Made by a program: the position numbers and the translations under genes. 64,000 bases of DNA from Pavona decussata (Eukaryota), in contig CDRNST010000131.1 of the NCBI GenBank assembly GCA_977016875.1, forward strand, positions 372,001 through 436,000, given 5' to 3'. The first letter of the stretch is position 1. The number at the start of each line of letters is the position of its first letter. Below the pieces are notes generated by a model. That model was not told where the DNA came from and did not search any database. It was given only the letters and a program-made list of their open reading frames with translations. This document shows, one piece after another, positions 57,971-64,000 of this stretch.

Positions 57971-59457
57971 TTAAAGTAATTACCACTAAAGCTACATCGC
58001 TTATCACTCGTTCCAAAAAGTTAAGCGCTTTTAAGTTTGCATTAGAATATCAGGAAATCAATCCTTATAAACGCTTATGACTGCAAACAAAAGAGCTGTC
58101 CACTGGGCCGTTCAGCTGTTCATCTACTTTCGCTGGTTCGTTCTCTCGGTTTCTCGTTCGCTCGTTTTCGCCGATGTGCGTTCGATGGACCGTTTGATCG
58201 TTAACTCGGTCATTAGGCTATCCGTTCGCTCGCTCGGTTCTTCGTTCGCTGGGGTTTCCGCTAGTTCGTTCGTTTGCGCTTCGGGTTTTTCCAGTTTTGT
58301 TCCATTGGTCTGATGCACAAGCGAGACAGAAGAGCAGGAGGGGCAGCCAAGTACAAGAAGTAGCTACATAATTAGACAGCTGATGCTAAACATGATTACA
58401 ATGACAAGCAATGGACAAATGGACAATAGATTTTTAAATACGTCCGTTGAAGCCTGTTACCGTTATATGTGAATGTATAGTTTCTATTTCGTTTATTTCT
58501 ACTCTCTGCCTGCCCTAAATAAGGACCTCGCCCCCCGTAAGGCCCTCACCCATCTCCTCCTACTTGGGGCAAGAGAATAAAAAAACACGAATTCTATAGT
58601 TGTTCTTACAAGTGAACTCTACTCTCCCTGAACTGGTGTGTTTTTATTAAACTGATGGTGTGGTTATTGAACTTTTGATTTTTCATTGACCCCAACCCCC
58701 CCTCCCCCCCCCCCCTCTCTCCTTCCTCTCTTCCTACATGTCCAAATATAATAAAAAACACTTCACCTATAGTTATTCTTACAATTGAGGTCTACTGTCA
58801 CTAAACTGATGTGTGTTTTTTAAACTGTTTGTGTGGTTATTGAACTCATTTGAAAAAAAATTACTGTTACTGTTAGTGTTAATGAGCATTTATTAATTTT
58901 GGAATTCAAAATTATGTAAAACTGTGCGCTTGTTTCATTTTCTTCGCTGTATTTCTTGTTAATATTTACTAAAAACAATATTTCAATTTTGATAATGCTC
59001 ATTGCGTCGATACAATAGTTTGTTTACGGCATAGATGTACCATAGAAATTGTTCTTCTGTTTGTTTTTCCTCGCCTTTGATAGTAAGTGTGTCCTATGTA
59101 AGTATATATAGAAAAAAATCAATACTGGATAAGGGTGTAGTCATTTTTTTTTTTGTTGATTTATGCTGACGACGTTTACCGAAATACCTTTAAAATAATC
59201 GAAATGCAGTTAATCGTCCCTTTTTCTATATATTTAAAGAATATTTGTTTTTCCACTTACATTGATCTTTGCAGATGTCTTCACAGCCTGTGGAGAAAGT
59301 GATATAGAAATAAATTATCTTATTTTANNNNNNNNNNNNNNNNNNNNNNNNNNNNNNNNNNNNNNNNNNNNNNNNNNNNNNNNNNNNNNNNNNNNNNNNN
59401 NNNNNNNNNNNNNNNNNNNNNNNNNNNNNNNNNNNNNNNNNNNNNNNNNNNNNNNNN

Positions 59458-59897
59458 CGTTTTGGTGGACGTCAATCAAAGAAAAGCCGTTGAAATTAAT
59501 TTGAATTCTGAGAACATTTCAAGGCAACAGAACGAAGAAATTGACAGTTTTATCCGCTGACGGATGGCAAACTTTATGAAAGCTGATTTCCAAGACAGAC
59601 TATCTAAAAAATGCGCATTGTTTAGACGAAGCCGTATTTTTTTATGAAAGATTTGAAATCAACACACCTGACAATTAAATTAGTGATGCGTGCAGGTGAG
59701 CAAATTATCACGTGCAGTGAAAATCGAAATATTTAAAACCTTTTATTTGCGCTTGATCTGGATGGAGAATCAATTTGAATAAAGTTTGTCTTCTCTTAGC
59801 GAGGTAAATTCTTTGTTTCTTGCAGGGTTACCTTAAAATCTTGTCAGAATTCAAAATAATTTCAACGGCTTTGCTTTGATTGACGTCCACCAAAACG
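59458..59897. mobile_element. Inverted-repeat element, left end lost in a gap
   Basis: Arms of about 70 bp: CGTTTTGGTGGACGTCAATCAAAG... and ...CTTTGATTGACGTCCACCAAAACG. Confidence 0.7.
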
Positions 59898-60224
59898 CAA
59901 CATTGTCCGACTCTTTTGAATGCCGTACTGGTCGCGTGTTATTGGTAACCGCTGTAATTATAAGGAACATTTTCTTGTCTGCTTACATTTCCTGAGGCAG
60001 TGTTTAAGGTCACAAGTTTCCTCGCGGGTGAATTTCGCTTGTACTGTGGGAAATAGTACGATATCGATTAGTTATATTACGCTATATTAAGAGATTTGTT
60101 TTTAATAACATGTGTATTTTACAATTTACAAAAACATTTTCCACAGTCTTCGACTACATGTAATAGGGTCGAAATTGGTATGTCATAACAGCAGATCTTA
60201 GCCAGGGCTATTTGGAAGTTACAA

Positions 60225-62031
60225 ATGACTCGTCCCCAGTCCTCTTCATACAGCGCGCGGCAAAAGGAAGCGCGAGGCAGCAATTAAGGGACGGACCATT
60301 AGAAAAGCGATGGGGGGGGGGGGGGGGGGGAGGTGGGGGATTTTCAGTTTGCAGGATTTTTTTTTTTTTTTTGCTCAGTGCTTGTGCAGGAATGTTTTTT
60401 TCGGTTTATACCCTCTGCACAATTTTGTTGTTGTTGTTGTTTTCCAGAAAAAAAAAAAAAACTTTAAATAAAGGATTTTAATAAAAAAAAGTTGTACTTT
60501 GTGGGCTTGGAATGATTACCTTTAACCCCTGAGACAATACCTAAAAATTACAGCATAATGGTCAAAACTAAACAAAATTAGCCTCATACTTAAATAAAAG
60601 ACTGGTCATTATTTTAAAATAATTTAAATCAAATTTCATGTACTGTCTGTTTATTGATTGTTTACTTCTTAACACAGTTCAATAACAATTGATTCAAAAT
60701 TTTTCAAAACTATTGGCGCCAAGAAATCTTATGAAATATTTCATAACAAACACTTCAAGTAGTATACAATCTTAATTTACTCAAAATTTAAAAGTCAAAT
60801 TAATGGTGGGATTGTTAATGTTTTTGCTTAATATTACATGGATACTCTTTTACTACAGACACAGTCCCCTTTCATTTTATACGCGATAGAGTATCATTAG
60901 GACAGTGAAATGTTGATTCTCACTTTATATCACAATGATTAAAATGCAAATAATATTTTTTTAAATATGATCAGACTTATATGTATGATCTTGCTTCTTT
61001 TAAATATATTTTTGTAGAATGTTTCATTTATGTGTTGGTGCTACTATTACTAGAATTTGTCTCTTTAACACTTTCGTTATAACATGATGCTGATGAATGA
61101 AACTATTCAATTCTTTCCACGTGTGCCTTTCTCATACACACTGTACTTTTACTAAACATACTTAAAAGATACATTTACCGCAAAAGCTTCTCACAGATAT
61201 AAGCTCAGTGCGAAAGGAGGAAGCCTTGTGGAGTGTATGGTTTCCCTGTACATTTTTGCAGTCCCTTCCCTCTTGTGTTCCTCTCCCACTTCTGGTTTAC
61301 TACCAGTTACAAACACAAAACAAAATACTGAGTTGTAGTAAGGGTAAATTCCAGCCACGACACAAAATGTGGGGTTGGTTTGTAGTTCATACAAAACAAA
61401 CTTCAACAAAAAAAAATTATATTTTCAAAACATTAAAAAGGCCATTTTGGGGCATTCTGGAAGAAATTTTCTGTCATTAAAACACTAAAAGGTATTTTCT
61501 ATGATAATTCCTTAATCTCCTTCTGCAAGAATTTTTTTTCTTCCGTCTCGACTTGCAAGAATTTTTTTTTCGGGCATTTTGGCTTGCACGATTTTTTTTT
61601 TTTTTGTAACTCCCCCCCCCCCCCCCCCCCATCACTTTTCTAATGGTTCGTCCTTAACAGTTTGTTTGTGTTCATTTAGTTTAGGATATCATAGTCACCC
61701 CTCTTCAGGAGTACACAATCCCAACACTGAATTCTTGAAGGTGAAGACGTGAAAATGACAGGCGACAAGGCTCTTGACCTCCTGAGGGGAATGAATTTTG
61801 CCTTCAAGATTCTCGAGAATGCCAAAAGGAAACAGTGGAATCTATTTCAAATGGGCAAACAGAAGGCAGTAAAACCATCTGCTATGTAGTGTCTGTATTA
61901 ATGAAGCCAAAAAAAAAAAAACTGTGGTTATTCTACTTCTTGCATTGCTACTAGACCAAGTTGAAAGAATGCGGCTTCAAGGCTTCAATGTTTGTTACTT
62001 TTTTGTCAGACAAGACATGGAGGATGATAAT

Positions 62032-62066
<35 letters not shown>

Positions 62067-62340
62067 GTGAGAAAAATGGTTCAAAGAAACAATGCAGCTT
62101 GTATCAAAAAACGCTTTACGATCGTTAATTCAATGACTTTGAATCAAGAGAATCTTTATATACAGGTGAAATTCGATTTTTTATATTTTAATAGCCTACC
62201 ATAAATACTAAGTTTGTCGTTCGACTCGTTAAACTCTTTCAAGATTTCATCTTCACACATGGACTCGTCACCTAAACCGGACGCCATCTTGGATCAAAAT
62301 CCAAAGTAACGTTTAAACACTTCTGGCTGGCATACAGATG

Positions 62341-62391
<51 letters not shown>

Positions 62392-62617
62392 AGATAAACA
62401 GCTCAACACTATAAATCGATCTACGGCAAAAAAGGGGTTGAAATGCCCTCGGACAACTTTTCGACTCGCAGAACAACTTTTTGACACAAGATTTACCAGC
62501 CGTCTCCCTCTCTCGTTTGCTCCCTTCCCATCGCACCTTGCGCTCCCTTTGTCGTAACCCATCTCTCCCCGCTTCGTGCGCCCTGTATAAAGATGAAGAC
62601 GACTGGGGACGAGTCAG
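60225..62617. mobile_element. TIR element with 9-bp TSD (AcademH- or MuDR-like) carrying a nested MITE
   Basis: TIR (A/C)TGACTCGTCCCCAGTC(C/G)TCTTCAT; flanks AAGTTACAA (60216-60224) and AGGTTACAA (62618-62626). Confidence 0.75.
60288..61654. mobile_element. PIF/Harbinger-type non-autonomous element nested in 60225-62617
   Basis: TIR (G/A)GGACG(G/A)ACCATTAGAAAAG(C/T)GATGGGGGGG with TAA at 60285-60287 and 61655-61657. Confidence 0.8.
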
Positions 62618-64000
62618 AGGTTACAAAGGATGGGGTTTAAGGTCTCACACGCACGCACGCACGCGAGATTTAGTAATGAGTCCAACGCGCTCGAGCTGAC
62701 GCAGGCTCATGCAAAATAGCGAACAAGTCAACAATACAGCTCAAATACAGCCGTGGAGTGAAACAGAAAAAATATTTCAAAGAAAACATTCTCTGTAATG
62801 TTTTTATAAACCAACGTATTGCTTTTTGTGTCTTCAAAGAGAACCGAGGTTGTAAATTCCCTTCAATTAGTTCTTGCAAGCAGTTCCCCATGCATGCACA
62901 AGTAGTGAACTTGGAGAATTTCTTTACTAAGACGTTATTATTGTCCGTGAAAAAGTGAACTTTTATCTGGTTCTAAAAACGGGTACAGAGGTTTCAAAGA
63001 GTTTGCTTTAGTTTTGAAAAAAAAAAAAATAAATAAATAAGTAAATAAATAAATGAATAAGCCGTCAAGTTTTTCCGCAGGGGCAGAAAAAGAAAAAAAA
63101 AAATCTGCCTTTGTAACCCCGACCTGCCATGCTTTAATAAGAATTTCCAGTTGAGGATCTATCCGCTGTGAAAATTTCAGAAAATTTCACTAAAATAAAG
63201 TGAAAACAAAATCAAAATAAAAGCTAAGACATATTGACAAACGCCTATGTTTTTATAACTTTAAATATAGGCACAAGGACACTGTTTTACCATCAAGGTT
63301 TGAAGGACAAAATTTTGTTCTTGAATATTACATTCTGGGTGTTTTCAATGAATTAGCAGAAGACCTGGCATTCGGTGTGTGACATAGCGCTTGCCACATT
63401 ACAAGTGAAAACCCCATGGAGCCACCTGAAGAACCGCAATGCGGTCAATGTCTGTAAATATCCAAAATCCGCGGCCAAAGTCGTGAAATTGTTAGTTCCT
63501 TCATATCTTTATGGTGAGTTAGTTCTGAAAATGCTATTCAAAGGCCTGGGGCTCTTTAGTCGTTTCGAAATCAAGGAAAGTTTGATAAACGGCATTTTGG
63601 TTTTCCGTCGTCGTCGAAAGTAAAGTAAAATAATGCATTTCCTTTTCGCTCGTTCGGATTACATCTAAGGATTTTCCATTTTAAATGGCATGTCAAAAAT
63701 TGGTTGCCATGGCAACATCAAAGTCACACAAATACATTTACAAAAACATTTACAAAATACATTTCTTAAAATGTCTTGAAGTTTCAGCTCGTTTGCTTTT
63801 CAAAATATTGAAAAAGTCAAAAATGTTTTTTTCACTCTGAGAACAAATAATATATATTGTATTTACTATAGCTGTCTTTTAACTTGTTTATTTATATTCA
63901 GGTTTCTTTTGAGTACCAGCAATTAAGCTGAATTGGTTTCCTTGCCAACATAATGTCAACTTACCTTGCCTTCGATCTGCAGGCTGCCCATGATAAAATC

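Noticed and set aside
57118-58370. Candidate 5' exons of lectin 2 (donors at 57267 and about 57395; hydrophobic WLPLLLFCLACAS near 58340)
   Set aside because: No combination gave an ATG, a signal peptide and a phase-1 donor together; ORF 58124-58318 is mostly (CGAA)n-like low complexity.
63960-64000. Minus-strand donor AAG|GTAAGT at the window edge
   Set aside because: Only about 36 nt of putative exon are visible; frame and gene cannot be assigned.

Overview
AT-rich, intron-containing animal DNA with five N-gaps. The repeat families and gene content suggest a cnidarian, probably a stony coral (inference). Host genes, assembled by hand from GT-AG junctions: (i) two tandem minus-strand paralogues built from 8-Cys MANEC/KIAA0319-N-like domains. 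Gene A (22660-31423, about 620 aa) is secreted, with 4 domains and an acidic Ser-Gly tail. Gene B (6014-17348, about 1065 aa) is a type I membrane protein with 7 domains and a TM/juxtamembrane segment resembling KIAA0319/AAVR, but no PKD domains. (ii) Two convergent EPN-type C-type lectin paralogues (43889-45865 on +; 49807-56646 on -, 5' end unresolved). Mobile DNA: one end of an apparently intact two-gene PIF/Harbinger transposon, a decayed Gypsy LTR element (37396-41842), an AcademH-like element with a RecQ-type helicase fragment and 9-bp TSD, several TTAA- and TWA-flanked MITEs, SINEs, Penelope remnants with decayed hammerhead motifs, and an R4/Dong-like 3' end. The best candidate for an undescribed system is the secreted plus membrane MANEC-repeat gene pair. 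Family assignments come from recalled motifs; no database search was run.
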